Shown here piece after piece: positions 1-15,076 of a stretch of 64,000 bases of DNA. Position 1 is the first letter of the stretch. Each line of letters starts with the position of its first letter. The stretch lies in the NCBI GenBank assembly GCA_951406725.2, contig OX597814.1, positions 138,694,001-138,758,000 of the forward strand, read 5' to 3'. Below the pieces are notes generated by a model. The model did not search any database. It was given only the letters and a program-made list of their open reading frames with translations, and was not told the DNA's origin. The translations under genes were made by a program, and so were the position numbers. The DNA is from Octopus vulgaris. Its lineage: Eukaryota.

Positions 1-672
1 TAAGGATGACCAAACATCCTTTTAAAGCTAAATCCACGCAGCACTTTGATTCGTGCATTTCTGGAAAGAAGTGCATTTTAAAATCACGTGAAATATGTAT
101 GATCCTTAAAAATTCACAAGAGAAAACAAAACACCTCAACAATAAAATGGAGCATTGTTGGAAACGCAGAGGCAGTACAACGACCGTCTGCACTTGACTA
201 GTAAGTATGTATGAAAAATACAAGATCTTGATTGAAACTTCTTGTCATGTTGTCATGCAAAGAAACTTAAACTACAAACTCGTACAAACAAGCCGATTTA
301 TCCATCTCTACTAACAAGTTAATTTCAGTTACTCCACTCCTTCCGAGATGTTTTTACGAGACAGGAGTAACAATGAATCCATATGCAGAAATTTATCATC
401 AAACCAAGCAAAAATTATTACCGTATTATGACATATGTGTCCTATCTTAGCTATTAAAATATCAATATCCTGACACCATATTGGAAAAGGGATCTTTTTT
501 ATTGCACTCTATACGGCCACCTCAATGAACGTGTAAGCGCGAAGCAAATAAATACGTGTAGCTTCAGTCGAATGCAAAATGATTATTTTCTGCTCTATGT
601 AATGAGTATTATTTTTCTTGTTTAATATAATATATAGGTCTCTTTCTTTCTTTTGTTATCTTACCGTTTTAT

Positions 673-756
<84 letters not shown>

Positions 757-1394
757 GTAAATAGAGAGAGAGAAAGAGAAAGAGAGAGATGTATACATAT
801 ATATATATATATAGATAGATATATATACATGCACGTCAAAATTAAAAATCAAGCGAAGTTTATGTATTTTAAGTATTAAAAAAATTGAGAATACTATTTT
901 CTCTTATTTCAACTGTCACTAATTGTTTCATCTATAAACATTCTGCGATCGATTAGTATATATGTATATGTACACCTATATGTGTGTGTGTGTGAGAAAG
1001 AGAGAGAGATTTGTGTACATACATACATACATACATACATACATGCATGCATACATACATATATATGTATATATGTATGTATGTTTGCATATCTACATAT
1101 AAACCAGTTTTTCATTCTTCTGTTCACTTTCTTCAGATTTTGTATATCGCATACTCTGTTTGTCTCCATTCAATATCAAGTTGTTGGCATTACATTTGTT
1201 GACAGTCTATCATTATTGTAATAAAACATCTAGCTAGCTACCGTTGGCAGAATTTAATGTGGGCTATTAAATATCTTTATTGTATTATTGTATTTTTTTA
1301 AATATGCAATTTTATATTTTTACCAGCACTTTATATATCATTAACTATTGCACAGAGCGAGATGCATCTATTCCAAACACTTATGCCCACAAAC

Positions 1395-1672
<278 letters not shown>

Positions 1673-2344
1673 CTGCCCACCTACCAATATACATGTGTGT
1701 GTTTCTGTGTGTGTGTATTTGCGCGTGTGTGTATAGATGTATAGTTTTCCAAATGGAACACACCTACACACTTGATTACAAATTTCTACATAAATAATAA
1801 ATTCTAAACAATAACATAACTCCAGTCTTAATCAATAAAATAATTTTCCAAAATAACTCTCCATAATAACCCAGCCTAAAACCTAATTACCTACCGTTCC
1901 TCTTATGCACACACACCCAAGGAAAATGTTAACTCAACAAAGATTATAAAAAAACAAGATTAACTTTGATACATAGCAGTCCAACGATGACTTCACTGGC
2001 CGAATCTTCGAAGTCACTGTCAACGATGTTATTCTGTGAAAATATTGAATTTGTATTCTACAAAAGTAAAACGGTTTTTTATCATAAACTAAAGCATAAA
2101 AACAAACTTAAAATTATATGTATATATATATATAATACAAAATAAGAAAATGGAGAAACACATCTTAATCAATGATCAACTACCAGATAATACCCAATCA
2201 CATAATTTATTAAACCACTACATATGAATATTAAGGTCAAACATAATAATATAGAACAAAACAATGTACATGAAAGAGTAATAAGATACAATAAGTACAG
2301 TATGTATAAGTGAATATAAATAAATACAAATATAAATATAAACT

Positions 2345-2477
2345 ACATCTTACAGCTGTTTCGGTCATGCAGATATGGGTGTCTCATTAAGCTCATATTA
2401 GCCATGTGTGATAGGTTAATATGTAGTTATAAATGAGACACTTACAAAAATATCTCAAGGCCTCATGGAGGGTTGCA
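2345..2477 (-). ncRNA. Degenerate type-I hammerhead ribozyme with long stem II
   Basis: Minus strand: damaged core (ctccatga)-GGCC...long hairpin (gtgtctcatt/aatgagacac, catattaacc/ggctaatatg)...GACC-GAAAC-AGCT-GTA. Confidence 0.6.
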
Positions 2478-3049
2478 CTTACAACCCCTATCTTAATTTG
2501 TAACTTTATATATATATATATCACTTACTTCACACACCATTACATACACATATACAACGCCTTCCTAGTTCACACACACTTCTCAGCACTCACACAGCAC
2601 ACCATCCACACACATACATAATCTTCAATAGCGTCACCACACATACCACTATATGAGCAGCCACACACACACACAAGACACATAAACACACGCAACACAC
2701 ATAGACAAAGATAACTTTCGCCCACATTCATACAGTATACATATGCACACTATTTTGTTAGTGACACAGAGACATACGCATACACACACATCCACATGTG
2801 CACACACCACCTGAAACAGCACACATCAACTGCTACACACACAACATACACACATTAAACACACACACACGTCAAACTCACTCGATCCCATTCACATATA
2901 CACACACACACTCACACACACCATTCTCACATACTCACACACGCTTGGGCACCACATCTTGTTGAGATCCTTATGAATTATTTCTCCTTCATTGAACCTC
3001 TCTTTATTATTATCTCCCTTTCATTCAACCTCTTTTTTCCCACTCAATC

Positions 3050-3233
3050 GCCATGTTGAACCATTGAACTCAACAAGTTTCTTTTTTCATTTTCCCTCTA
3101 TTTGTTTCCTCTTATTCCTTTCTGTCGAAGAGCGTAGGCGCCAAACGTAAAATACTTTTCCATTTTTCCCAAGCGACAAACAAATACACTTGCTTGCTTG
3201 TTGTTCATACACCTGTCTTCGTCTTTGTTTTTC

Positions 3234-3240
<7 letters not shown>
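3050..3240 (+). mobile_element. Penelope-like pLTR module with A6U hammerhead motif (damaged)
   Basis: ctttCTGTCGAAGAGCgtagGCgccAAACGTAaaa; homologous to 3340-3660, 14945-15082, 60410-60715; 3' end abuts (TA)n. Confidence 0.75.
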
Positions 3241-3318
<78 letters not shown>

Positions 3319-3339
3319 GTATGTATATGTTTATATATA

Positions 3340-4175
3340 GTTGAAATTTAAAGATGAAGTGTATGAATGACAAGCGAGCAAGTGTATTAGTTTGACGGTC
3401 GGGAAAAATGGAAAAGTCTTTTACGTTTCGAGCCTACGCTCTTCGACAGAAAGGAATAAGAGAAAATAAACAGAGAGAGAATAAAAAAAAATTGTATATT
3501 TAAATGTCAAGCATGGCGACTGGTTCAAAAAGAAAAGGTTTGTCGGGAGAGGTAGAAAGAAGGGGAGATGATAAAGGATTGCTGATCCCAAAACGAAGGT
3601 GAGTGTGCGCGTATGTGAGAATGTGTGTGTGTGTGGTTAGGGGCTAGTAACTTTGACGTGTGTGCGTCTTAATGTGTGGGTGTGTGGATGATGGTGTGTG
3701 AGTGTGCAGATGATGGTGTGTGGTCTAAGTGCTGGGAAATGGTCAGTGCTAGTGTGTGTGTGTGTGGTGCGGTGTGGGGATGATGTGGTGTGATGGTGTG
3801 GGGACGGGGTTGCGAGAATGGGGATGTGGGGATGGGGTTGCGAGAATGGGGATGTAGGGTATGTGGATGGCAGTGGTGTAGGGTATGGTGTGGTGTTGGT
3901 GGAGTGGTGTGGAGTTGTGGGATGTGTATGGGGGTATGTGGGAGTGCGGTGTGTGGATGTAGGGGATATCACTGAAGAGAGAAGGTGAGTAGGTGTCAGA
4001 GGGAGAGAGAAGAGGAGGGTTGCGAAGAGGGACGTTTAAACACCTGTTCACGGCGAAGGCGGGAGTCCGAATGGATCCTGTGCAAAGACAATCCGGACAC
4101 AGACAAGTGTTGTAGTGAATGACCGGTAGAGCGGAAATGGCGCAAGACTGGGGTGTCATTGCCGAGTCATTGTAT
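3340..4175 (-). mobile_element. 5'-truncated Penelope-like element: GIY-YIG C-terminus, CA-rich UTR, pLTR with hammerhead
   Basis: Minus frame ~4165-4035 reads LGNDTPVLRHFRSTGHSLQHLSVSGLSLHRIHSDSRLRREQ (PLE endonuclease C-terminal pattern); hammerhead motif at ~3418-3452. Confidence 0.75.
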
Positions 4176-4653
4176 ATAATCACTCTATCTTTTACTGTCC
4201 TTCCATATGCATGTATCTACGTTTGTATGTATGCATATATGTATGTATGTAAGTATGTATGTATGTATGTATGTATGTATGTATGTATGTATGTATGTAT
4301 GTATGTATGTATGTACGGATGGATGGATGGCTGGATGAATGGATGGATGGGTGGGTTTATATACATGTTCCCGAACCTGTAGCAGGACCGTGAAGTGAAG
4401 ATAGTAGTTGTAACTTGTAACATAAAATCCTCTATTTCTCTTATTGAGTACGTTTATAAATCTAATTTACAAACAATTATTCAAGTAATTATACAGATTT
4501 GTATATGTGTCTGTTCACTTGCGTATATATGTATACATACATACAGCTATATACAAATCGACCGGCTAATTCGTACATTACAAGTGCAATCTGAGTGGAA
4601 TGGTAAAAATATCCAAGACTATTTTACGAGATATTGCTATGTCGTGAAATGTT

Positions 4654-4865
4654 GGTTTGAAATTTTAGCACAAGGCCAGCAACTTTGGAGAAGGGTAAAA
4701 CTCGATTACATCGATCCAGTGCTCAACTGGTATTTATTTTATCGATTCTGAAAGGATTAAAAGCAAAGTCGACCCTGACGGTATTTGAACTCAGAACCTA
4801 AAGTCGGAAGGAATGTCCCTAAGTGGTTTTTCCAGCGCTGTAAAGATCCTTCCAACTAGGCGCTC
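4654..4865 (-). mobile_element. tRNA-derived SINE family B, flanked by TSD tgtcgtgaaat
   Basis: Reverse complement of ttctgagttcaaat...gtcgactttgc body; tgtcgtgaaat at 4640-4650 and 4869-4879. Confidence 0.8.
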
Positions 4866-5341
4866 TTTTGTCGTGAAATATTACTATTGCTTTTATTAAT
4901 TCATAGATTAACCCTAATGAATCAGCCTTAAGGTCCAAGGAATTCAAATTGTGATCTTATATAAGAAGGTAGAATATTTGTTTGTGAGAGAATTAACTAC
5001 TCTCTTTATCAGCTGGATCTATAACGTAAATTCTCCTAGTTGTATTGTGAAACGTTGTGCCGTGAAATGTTGTTTTGTATCCTATTCAAGCTGTGAAATG
5101 TTGTTCTCATGAGATACAAGGCAGATGAGCATTTTGAGAGTAGAATGCCGTTTTTCAAAATCGATAATATTGATATCCATCTTCTACTAGTGACAAATAT
5201 TTAGGACACGAACAGATCTTCGTTTAAGAAAACGTATTTTGTGTATTACGTTTATATTAGTATCATATCAACTACTGCGTCTATACTTCTAGCTTTCATC
5301 TTTCCTTAATGTTTTCTCGTCTTGTTTCTCTTTGTATTTAA

Positions 5342-5409
<68 letters not shown>

Positions 5410-5556
5410 AAATAAGCAACAAGAATGACTCCGGAGTCATTCTTATTGCTTATTTTGATTATAATCACCCCACGGATTTTTACGGATAACACCATACAAA
5501 ATTCTGGTGGATCTAAATTAAGTACCATATTCATTTGAATCTAAATTTTTGCTGAA

Positions 5557-5560
<4 letters not shown>
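5410..5560 (+). mobile_element. 3' part of the hammerhead-bearing module also at 27060-27195 and 60878-60975
   Basis: Shared aatcacccc...ccatacaaaattctggtg...aagtaccatattcatttgaatctaaattt..gctgaactt, ending in (TA)n. Confidence 0.75.
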
Positions 5561-5606
<46 letters not shown>

Positions 5607-5689
5607 ACTGTCACATTAATTTGACAGTATACAACTACTCTATCGTACCACTACTGCTTATATCTCTCTGAGATATTTAGAAATGTAAT

Positions 5690-5761
<72 letters not shown>

Positions 5762-5819
5762 ATATATATATACATATATATGTATGTATATATATATATG
5801 CATGTATATATATATATAT

Positions 5820-5893
<74 letters not shown>

Positions 5894-6529
5894 AATGTAT
5901 GCATGTATGTATATATTCAGACGCCAAAAGAATGAGATCCGTTCAAAATCAACCCGTTTCCCGTGTTATTTCAAGAACGGTACGAGTACAAAGCAGAAAA
6001 TAAATTGTCGGATATTTCTTGCATTATTGAGTTACATAACTTCATTTTCTTATCTGAATTTCCGCTATAGTTGAATTTTGTTTTCCAACCCTGCAGGTCG
6101 ATATCAGTGAATTATTGAACACGATTAGGTCAGTATCACCAAACTTCATCGCAAAATTGGTAACCTTATACCAAACTTTAAATCATTATTTGCCTATAAA
6201 TTACGACGTTATTTTGGAACAAGTAAGCTATGAAATATTTGAATGCTTAAATCATAACGACTATCAGAATGCCATTGTGTCTCTAGGCAGGACACTAATT
6301 TGCATGTCTTAGTGTCCCTACGTTGTTCCCCAAGTAAACTATGATGAAGCAAGCGTATGATACAATTATTCCACTCATGACTATCCCTTCTTATTTTTAA
6401 TGTACCTTGGACTACATTGGCCAATGTATAACTTATTTTTAAAGGGATACGGTGTTATTTGCGAGGCATTTTGCATTTCGAATATATCGAGTGGTAATCT
6501 AGAAACTCACTAGAATAGATACTATATAT

Positions 6530-7010
6530 TTGTGTATTGAGGTAAAAAACTGAACCAGCTGGAATAGACAAAAAATTGCAAATCGTAACAGTGGCTGAGA
6601 TTCACAATACTCAAATCGAATCCAAATATGGTAGAAGAATAGGAGAAAGCCACTTTACCCAAACCAACGAAAGGAAAAAAGAGACATCAAGTCCAGAATA
6701 TATAATGATTGGAAAAAACAATAGCCAAATTGCTTTTGGATACACAGTATTAGGTAAGAAAGAATACATCAACTTACATAACAGGGTTAGAATTTTTGTA
6801 TACTAGAAGTTATGCCAGTATTATCAAATATCGGCTGTAAAGGTTATCACAGAGTATTGTGCTTTGTCATTTTCTAAGTTCCTGCGAATGACAAAGCTAC
6901 CGTACTCTAGAATACCAATCCGCAAACATGGAGAGATCAAGGCTAATGCACCGGATATTGTTGTGAAGGAACGCCAGCAAAGGAAGCGCCTCCATATTGA
7001 AATATCCTGT
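6530..7010 (+). mobile_element. Decayed R4/Dong-like non-LTR element, C-terminal restriction-like endonuclease region
   Basis: LGKKEYINLHNRVRIFVY*KLCQYY and EIKANAPDIVVKERQQRKRLHIEISC match the RHN / N-x-PDIV motifs of RLE-type elements. Confidence 0.7.
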
Positions 7011-7883
7011 TTATATATGTCTTTCTCACTCTCTCTCTCTCTCTCTCTCCCTCTTTCACCCCCTCTTCTACCACTATATAATGGCCTTCGCTCGTCCATC
7101 GGAGCTGGCTGGTCTCGTGTCTCAAACTACTGAGACATCTTGACATATTCGTCTCTTCTCCCATCATCCCCCTATTGCTTCCGGACCTACCTAGATTTCC
7201 TGCTAATCACAATGTCGGCTCGTTCTCTCCAAAGCATCGGCCAACTGAAATTTTCTCTCCGTTCATGTCCTCCTTTACACGTTTTGATTTACAATAGTTG
7301 AAATGTAACAGTAATGGTTCTGTTCTCATCAGTTTCGGAAGGGCTCCAGAACCATGAGCACTAACCCTTCCTAAAGACTCAACAATAAATATAAAAGGTT
7401 GAACAGCCATTTTGTGAACGAAGTGCAAAAGTTTCTACTATCATAATAAATACTTCGGCGTGTTACCGATATATTTACAAAAAGCGAAAAAAAAAAAAAG
7501 CTTCTTTTATGCAAATAACTATACACTTCATTTTTAAAAAGCAATCTACAAGAACGTCTATAAGTGATGGTGTGCATGAGTCTAGTGTGAGTGAAAGTGA
7601 TTCAGAAAACGATAATAATAATATATTTTTATTATAAATGATCTTGACATTCTTTTTACTTTATATAAAATATTTTTACATTCTGCTGTGGTTTAATTGG
7701 CATTTATTTACGAGCATTATAAATTCTATAACGAATTACGATTTATAACATTGCTATTATGAGAAATTATTGCGCTGCTTTACGAATTTTCACTTAATGA
7801 GCTGTCTCCGGGAGCAAATTAACTCGTATATCGGGACATTACTATATTATATGTGTGTGTGTGTGTGTGAAATCCACAAACAC

Positions 7884-7945
<62 letters not shown>

Positions 7946-8199
7946 GCAAACGATATTGAAAATGTAGAGTTGCTTTGAAGGAACATGAGTGAAACAATTC
8001 AAAGCAACCTTAATAACAATGATTTTGAATCTCTCAAGTATACATTTATTGTGAATGCATGGATTTATGCTTGAACTTTTTAGTTTTTAGTACTAATTCT
8101 TTAGATACTTCATATAAAGAAAAAGGCAGTTTCTTATTCAAAAACTGTTTCACCTACGGAATTTAGATACCAACATGAAGTTACAAATAAAATTTTATA

Positions 8200-9013
8200 A
8201 AATGACTTGAACTCTGCTGTGCATGCGCACTAAGATTTTACATTCTAGCTCACGTCCACTGTTTGCAGTAGTGTTTGGAAGGAAGGTGTATAACATGTGA
8301 TCAGTGCATTGGCCATGACAGAGAATGTTGTAATGGTGATACCTGCTCACGGGCCCACGCAAAGTTGCAGAAAGTTTATGAGGAGTGTATGAGGCGCACA
8401 CAAGTATACAAGTGGTTCAGGCGTTTCCAAGACGGCGGGAAAATGTCGATAGTGACGAAATTTTTGGGAGACCCGCAACCAACAGTACTGAGAAAAACAT
8501 TGCAGATGTGCATGCAGATGTGTGGGGAATCGTCGAATAACATCCGTGACTTATCAGAGGCTGTGCAGATTAGTCACGGTTCACTTCAGTCCATTATCAC
8601 TGAGGATTTGGGTATGAGAAGCGTGTCTGCCAAGTTTGTGTCTAAACTGCTTTCAGCTGACCAAAAAGACACACGGGTTTCAGATGCACAAGATCTCCTT
8701 GACTGTGTCGAGAACGATGAAAACTTTTTGAAAATTTTGTATAGGCCTCTGAACAAGATTCACCAAGCTTTTGGCAAAATTTGATGCAGATTTTCTGCTC
8801 AACTTGCTCTGACATGGCCAATGCGGCGATAACACGCTACACACGTTCATTCTAAGCACTGCTGTAAACAGCGGAAGTAAGCTAGAACGTCAAACTTTGT
8901 GTGCATGCACAGAGACGTTCAAGATGAACCCATGCCAAGTGGATTTACTGCTTTACTCTCCGTGTTTTAGCTTAGTTACTATAGCAACAGTTTGAATACT
9001 TATTGATCATACC
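8200..9013 (+). mobile_element. Internally deleted mariner element with long inverted termini
   Basis: ORF 8275-8784 has the mariner HTH region (QVYKWFRRFQDG...EDLGMRSVSAKFVSKLL); 8807-8915 is an inverted copy of 8215-8323; right end ttattgatcatacc matches the terminus at 47745-47762. Confidence 0.85.
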
Positions 9014-9138
9014 AAGACCGTACACTAACAGCGACCATAACTATCCGAAAAATACCGACCGAGAATTCTTAAGGCTGACTCGTCAGTTTCCGCAATTTCC
9101 GTTGCCATCATCAGTTAAGCCACATATATGCACATGCA

Positions 9139-9299
<161 letters not shown>

Positions 9300-9329
9300 A
9301 TTATTTTATTATTATTTTATTTGTTTCAA

Positions 9330-9540
9330 AGCGGTGAGCTGGCAGAATCGTTAGCACACCGGGCTAAATGCTTAGCGGTATTTCGTCTGCCACTACGTTC
9401 TTAATTCAAATTCCGCCGAGGTCGACTTTACCTTTCATCCTTTCGGGGACGATTTAAAGTACCAGTTACGCAGTGAGGTCAATGTAATTGACTCAGCCTC
9501 ATCTTCCTCAAACAGCCTTTGTGGCAAAAATTTGAAATAA
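9330..9540 (+). mobile_element. SINE family B
   Basis: gcggtgagctggcagaatcgttagca...ttcaaattccgccgaggtcgac (A/B-box-like head). Confidence 0.85.
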
Positions 9541-9774
9541 TTATTTTACTTGTTTCAGTCATTTGACTGCAATCATGCTGGAGCACCGACTTTAAGAGTT
9601 TTAGTCGAAGAAATCCACCCAGGTCCTATTCTTTGTAAGCTATTCTATCGTTCACTAAGTCAAGGGACTGTAAGCACACCATAATTGTTTGTGAAGCGCA
9701 GGTGGGGACACACACACAGGCACAAAGACACACTCAACTTTTTCTTCACCCATTCCCTTCTGGTCATTTCAATA

Positions 9775-9959
9775 TGTGACCGTGTGTGTATCGTTGGCGA
9801 TTTTCTTTCTCCGTTTTCCCTTCATTGGACTGTTTTCTATATTTCTGACGAAGAAACGTGAAATCCTCTTTCTTTTCTTGCCTTTCCTGAGCGTCCAATA
9901 ACACTGTACTTATTCCACGTCCTTGCGTTGTTGTTTATTTTGCTTGTTCATGTTTGGAT

Positions 9960-9965
<6 letters not shown>
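9775..9965 (+). mobile_element. pLTR module, CTGACGA sister family (stem II deleted)
   Basis: Homologous to 19025-19215, 39812-40015, 52900-53095; ends at (TA)n. Confidence 0.7.
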
Positions 9966-10026
<61 letters not shown>

Positions 10027-10124
10027 TAGAGAAAAAACCACTATTATGCAAATCAAACAAAGAAAGACTTAATCCAATACATAAATTAATTTATATCATT
10101 TAGTAATTTAACAATATATATATT

Positions 10125-10310
10125 GGGAGAATTTACGAAAAAACAAATGACGAAGACAGGTGGTGTACAAAACAAACAGATGTATTAGCAAAATGCTCAG
10201 GAATAGAAAGAGTCTTTTACGTTTCGAGCCTACGTTCTTCTATAGAAAGGAACACAGAAAAAAGGAGAGAAACAAGGACAGAAAAAAATGTGTGTAATTG
10301 CTAACGATCT
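10125..10310 (-). mobile_element. pLTR module with A6U-type hammerhead motif
   Basis: Reverse complement ctttCTATAGAAGAACgtagGCTCGAAACGTAaaag. Confidence 0.75.
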
Positions 10311-10344
10311 ATATACATATTTATATGTATATATATATATATAT

Positions 10345-10502
10345 ACGACAAACTTCTATCAGCTTCCGTCTAGCAAATCCACTTACAAATCTTTGGTTGG
10401 CCCGAGGCTAGAGTAGAAGACACTAGCCCAGGTTGCCACGCAGTGGGACTGAACCCGAGACCCTGTGGTTGAGAAACAAACTTCTTACCACATAGCCACG
10501 AC
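10345..10502 (-). mobile_element. SINE family A head (tRNA-derived)
   Basis: Reverse complement gtggctatgtggtaagaag...gggttcagtcccactgcgtggcaacc. Confidence 0.8.
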
Positions 10503-10531
10503 TGTATTTATACATACATACATACGTACAC

Positions 10532-10605
<74 letters not shown>

Positions 10606-10799
10606 TTTAAAAATTGGATAAAATCATTATCAAGTAGTCAGCGTGAAACACCTCATAAGGGAAAAATTAATAATTATTCCCTTTAGATATATTTATTTAT
10701 ATTAAAGGCATTACTATACATAAATGCCTCACGCTACGAGGGAATCCTAAAGTCAAAACTATCATAATAATGTTTATTATGGTAGTTTTGACTTTAAAT

Positions 10800-11078
10800 G
10801 ATATTGCTACACATCGCTGGTCACAATGCGCTTCGCATTGTTTTAGCGCTCAAATGACGCCACCTCACTTGCTAAGCGAGCAGGCCAACAGAAGAAAGAG
10901 TGAGAGAAAGTTGTGGCAAAAGAGTATAGCAGGGATCTCCACCATCCCCTGCCAGAGTCTCGTGGAGCTTTAGGTGTTTTCGCTCAATAAACACTCACAG
11001 CGCCCAGTCTGGGAATTGAAACCGCGATCCTACAACCGCGAGTCCGCTGCCCTAGCCACTGGGCCATTGCGCCTCCAC
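10800..11078 (-). mobile_element. tRNA-derived SINE family C
   Basis: Reverse complement gtggaggcgcaatggcccagtgg...gcggtttcaattcccagac; closely similar copy at 39340-39631. Confidence 0.85.
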
Positions 11079-11104
11079 ACATACACACACACACACACAC
11101 ATAC

Positions 11105-11219
<115 letters not shown>

Positions 11220-11319
11220 AAAATTGAGGGTAACATTAATTAATTATTAATCAATTTCACCAATATTCAGTATAAAGGGACCATAAGAATAAAATATATA
11301 TATATTTACTATATATATG

Positions 11320-11373
<54 letters not shown>

Positions 11374-11379
11374 GTATAT

Positions 11380-11895
11380 ATAAAGATAAAACTTACTTGG
11401 AAAAGAATGCGTGGCATTCGATCATGTAACAATATAAATAATATATAAATATATGCATATATACATATATATACATACCTATATAAATATGTATATATAC
11501 ATGCATATATAGGTACAAGACATCGAAAAAAGAACACAATGAGAATTGAAAACATAAAAACAAAAACACAGAAAACGAACTTATTTGGAACGACGAAAAA
11601 AATACCAGACATGCAGCATAAAGAATATTCCCCTTCATCAGTTGTCCCTGTTTCATTTACTATGCGTTGAAACAGGGACAAGTGATGAAGAGGAATATTC
11701 TTTATGTTGCACGTTTCGTTTCTCTGGTTTTTTTTTCGTTGTTCAAAAAAAAACTTCGTTTTCTCTTTTTGTTTTTATATTTTCGTTTCTCATTGTGTTC
11801 AACGTTTTTTATGTCCTGTACCCATATATGCATGCATATATATGTAGGTATGTACGTATATGTATATATATATATTTATATATTATTATATATTA
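11380..11895. repeat. Head-to-head inverted pair of a ~270-bp repeat (third copy 46225-46560)
   Basis: 11440-11655 is the reverse complement of 11668-11890 (gaaacagggacaa.tgatgaag.ggaatattctttatg). Confidence 0.85.
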
Positions 11896-11897
11896 TA

Positions 11898-12008
<111 letters not shown>

Positions 12009-12679
12009 GTATACATACATACTACTTTTTGATACTAAGAAATTTTCGTAAAATGCATTTGTTTTAACGTTACTGTGGCTTATCACTTTCGACGAATGTG
12101 TGTGAAATGGTCGTCTCTTTCAAATGCAAACATAGTTCACACAACGAGCTTCTTCTCTATTTGCATCTACCCCATGTCACGCATAAGGCTCAAATCGACA
12201 TGATTGAAGACATCTGACCCGACAGAGATTCAACAGGAACGAAACCGCTACATCATAAAAATATCGCCATGTCTGCTTCCATGCAAAAAATATATATTCG
12301 AAGGCGCGTAATTCTCAATGTTTTTTAAGAAAATAGGTGAAAACTATATAAGTACGGGCACTTTTCTACCATAAATTCGAATTTTATATAAGCTTATAAA
12401 CATTGGTTTGTTTGTTTACACTGCAGTAATTTGTTGGTATAACCAAGAACACATAAAATATAAACAATAAAAGTTTTTTTTAAACTTCAAAGAGAAAACA
12501 AATTCATAAGCAATTTATTACACACCACATATATGTATATTTGTTTAGTTGTGGATAAATATATACATATATATATATATAAATGAAAGAATGGAGTCGA
12601 ACGAAGATGTTAACAAATTTTTCTATGCTGACGATAAACATAAGATAATTCATTCACCTACTTAAATATATATATATAT

Positions 12680-12744
<65 letters not shown>

Positions 12745-12897
12745 TGTATGTAGGTATTTGAATATATATATACATACATGCATATATATATATATATATA
12801 TATATGGACATACACGTATATATGAACAGCTCTTAAATATGTATGCATATTTTTTGTATATATATATATATACACACTTATATATATATCTGTTAGC

Positions 12898-12945
<48 letters not shown>

Positions 12946-13899
12946 CATATATTTGTGTCAGTAAAAACATCCATAAGGGAAAGTCACAAACTGTAAAAAC
13001 GCGTAAAAGATAGAGGAAATGAAACTTTAATCTTCATCATCTACCACACAAAGAATCGTAAAAAAAATTCCGACGCCTTGATATAGAACTGTTGCTTTAA
13101 TGGCGTCAACAAACCATTGGATACGGTTGTTAGGCAACTGATAATGTGGAGACGATTCACAAAGCAATGGTAATGACTGGGACGGAGAAAATTTAAGAAG
13201 AAGGAAATATACTATGATTAAGTTAGGTGACTATAACAGGAAAAGGAAAATAGAGGTGTTTTTTTTTTTCGATAATAAGTTTTTTCGATAATAAAATAAT
13301 GAATCTATTACAATGAAAAAAAAATACGAGACAAACCAGTTATATAATAGTGCAATATGTAGCGTTCGGAATAAAAGAAGAAACGCTATTAGATGATTGG
13401 CCGATGTCCTTGAATCCTTAAGTATATAACATAGGGTTGAATGATACATGCGGTTGCTTTGCAAGCTGAAAAGTAGAAGAGAGACTCGTAACACAGGCAG
13501 TAAATAGTTCACTGAAAATAGAAGAAATCGAAACGGATAAGGAAACAGAGATGACAGAGTAAAGAGAAGAGGTGTGGAAAGTAAGAAAAAAATATAAGGA
13601 ACGAAGGGGACAGGAAATGGAAGATAGTCTTAGTGGTTAAAATAAACGTGACCCAACGTGCAAGAAAAGGTAAAAGGAAAGGGTAGCAAAAGAAGAGGAG
13701 AGAAGAAAAAGAGACGATGGAAAATGGCGGATGTGAAACGAAAATAAAAGCACAAGGGAAAATGAGAGGAAATAGGAGCTAGGATTAAAGATGCGAATAA
13801 TTACAAATGAGAACTTGTATCGAACATGGAAAGGCAAAAGCACCAACAGAGATATGTATTTATATATAAATATGTATAAATATGAATGTATCATCAAGG

Positions 13900-14640
13900 T
13901 CAATAAAGCCTAGAAGAACCAGCATACTCCCAAGTCTGGCCCGTACTTCCTAAAGCTATCACACTTTGACGACAGAACTACTGCAGCGATACAACACGCA
14001 GTCCGCAGGAAAGGACTCGACATACAGAAAGTGCACACCGGCCCTTCCCTAAGAAAAGCTCTGCCCAAAAACAACACATCTCACTACTCTGAGGAGTGCA
14101 CATTGTTGAACTGCCCCATCAATGACCTATGTTGTATATGAGATCATCTGTGGCAAATGTGGGGCATCCCTCATCGGAAGCACAAGAAAACTGCATATAC
14201 GCATTAAGGGACACATGCAGGCAGACACTTCCGTGAAGAAACATCAACAGAAGTGCCAGACTCGGGAATTCCCAGTCCACATCACGACAACACAGCGGAA
14301 GAGGGACAATCTTACACTCTCTGAAGCCATCTTCATACACCAAAAGAAACGCAAGATTAACAATAGAAAGGAGTCACAGGAAGTTAGCTGGTTGCTATAG
14401 CAACACCCTTCTGCGCATGTCCACACCACATACGTTCACACAAACGCACATCGGCAACATTCGTCAATTTCTTGAAAATGGGGTAATAACCCCGAAATAT
14501 TGAATACACGGTAAGTCTACATTAATTCACATATTGGTTTTGTGATTTACCTTGCATTTACTTCGCATTGTTTTGGTTTTACTCACGATCTTTTATACAA
14601 TATAGCCAATACAATGCTTCATAGTAATTATTCCATTATG
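13900..14640 (+). mobile_element. Penelope-like element 3' part: RT thumb/linker, GIY-YIG endonuclease, pLTR
   Basis: ORF 14122-14400 VVYEIICGKCGASLIGSTRKLHIRIKGH...EAIFI...IN; upstream YFLKLSHFDDRTTAAIQHAVRR; hammerhead-like TTGAAAAT-GGGG-taataa-CCCC-GAAA at 14472-14497. Confidence 0.85.
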
Positions 14641-14944
14641 ATATATATATATTGCCGAGATCCCCTTCGGTCATAACTGACCGTGGGATTGCACCTAGAA
14701 AGTTACCCTCCCAGTTACAAGTTCGGGCAAGGTTGTTTATATATATTTATATATACTCTTTATCTACTCTTTACAGATTCTCGTTTGGATTTTTACCCTC
14801 CGGCTGCACCTCTCTTACATACGGATCACAGTGGACTCTACTCTTGATGAGAAATCTTTGCAATATACCACGACGTCAAAAAACCTTTTAACTTTACGTA
14901 AAACTGTTATTATTGCCATTACTTTATTTTTATATTTATTTTTA

Positions 14945-15076
14945 GCCACTACACACATTTTTTCTCTCCTTGTTTTTTTGTGTCCCTTTCTGTAGAAGAG
15001 CGTAGGCTCGAAACGTAAAAGACTTTTTCTATTCCTGAGCGAACCACCTGTCTTTGTCTTTTGTTTTTTTTCGTAA

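Noticed and set aside
1970-2045. Possible small minus-strand exon (ttttcacag-NNIVDSDFEDSASEVIVGLL)
   Set aside because: Weak donor and no recognisable homology; unsupported without RNA data.
11625-11700. GAAAC...CTGATGA as a permuted hammerhead (also at 7325 and 46465)
   Set aside because: No NUH site or stem I can be formed between the motifs.
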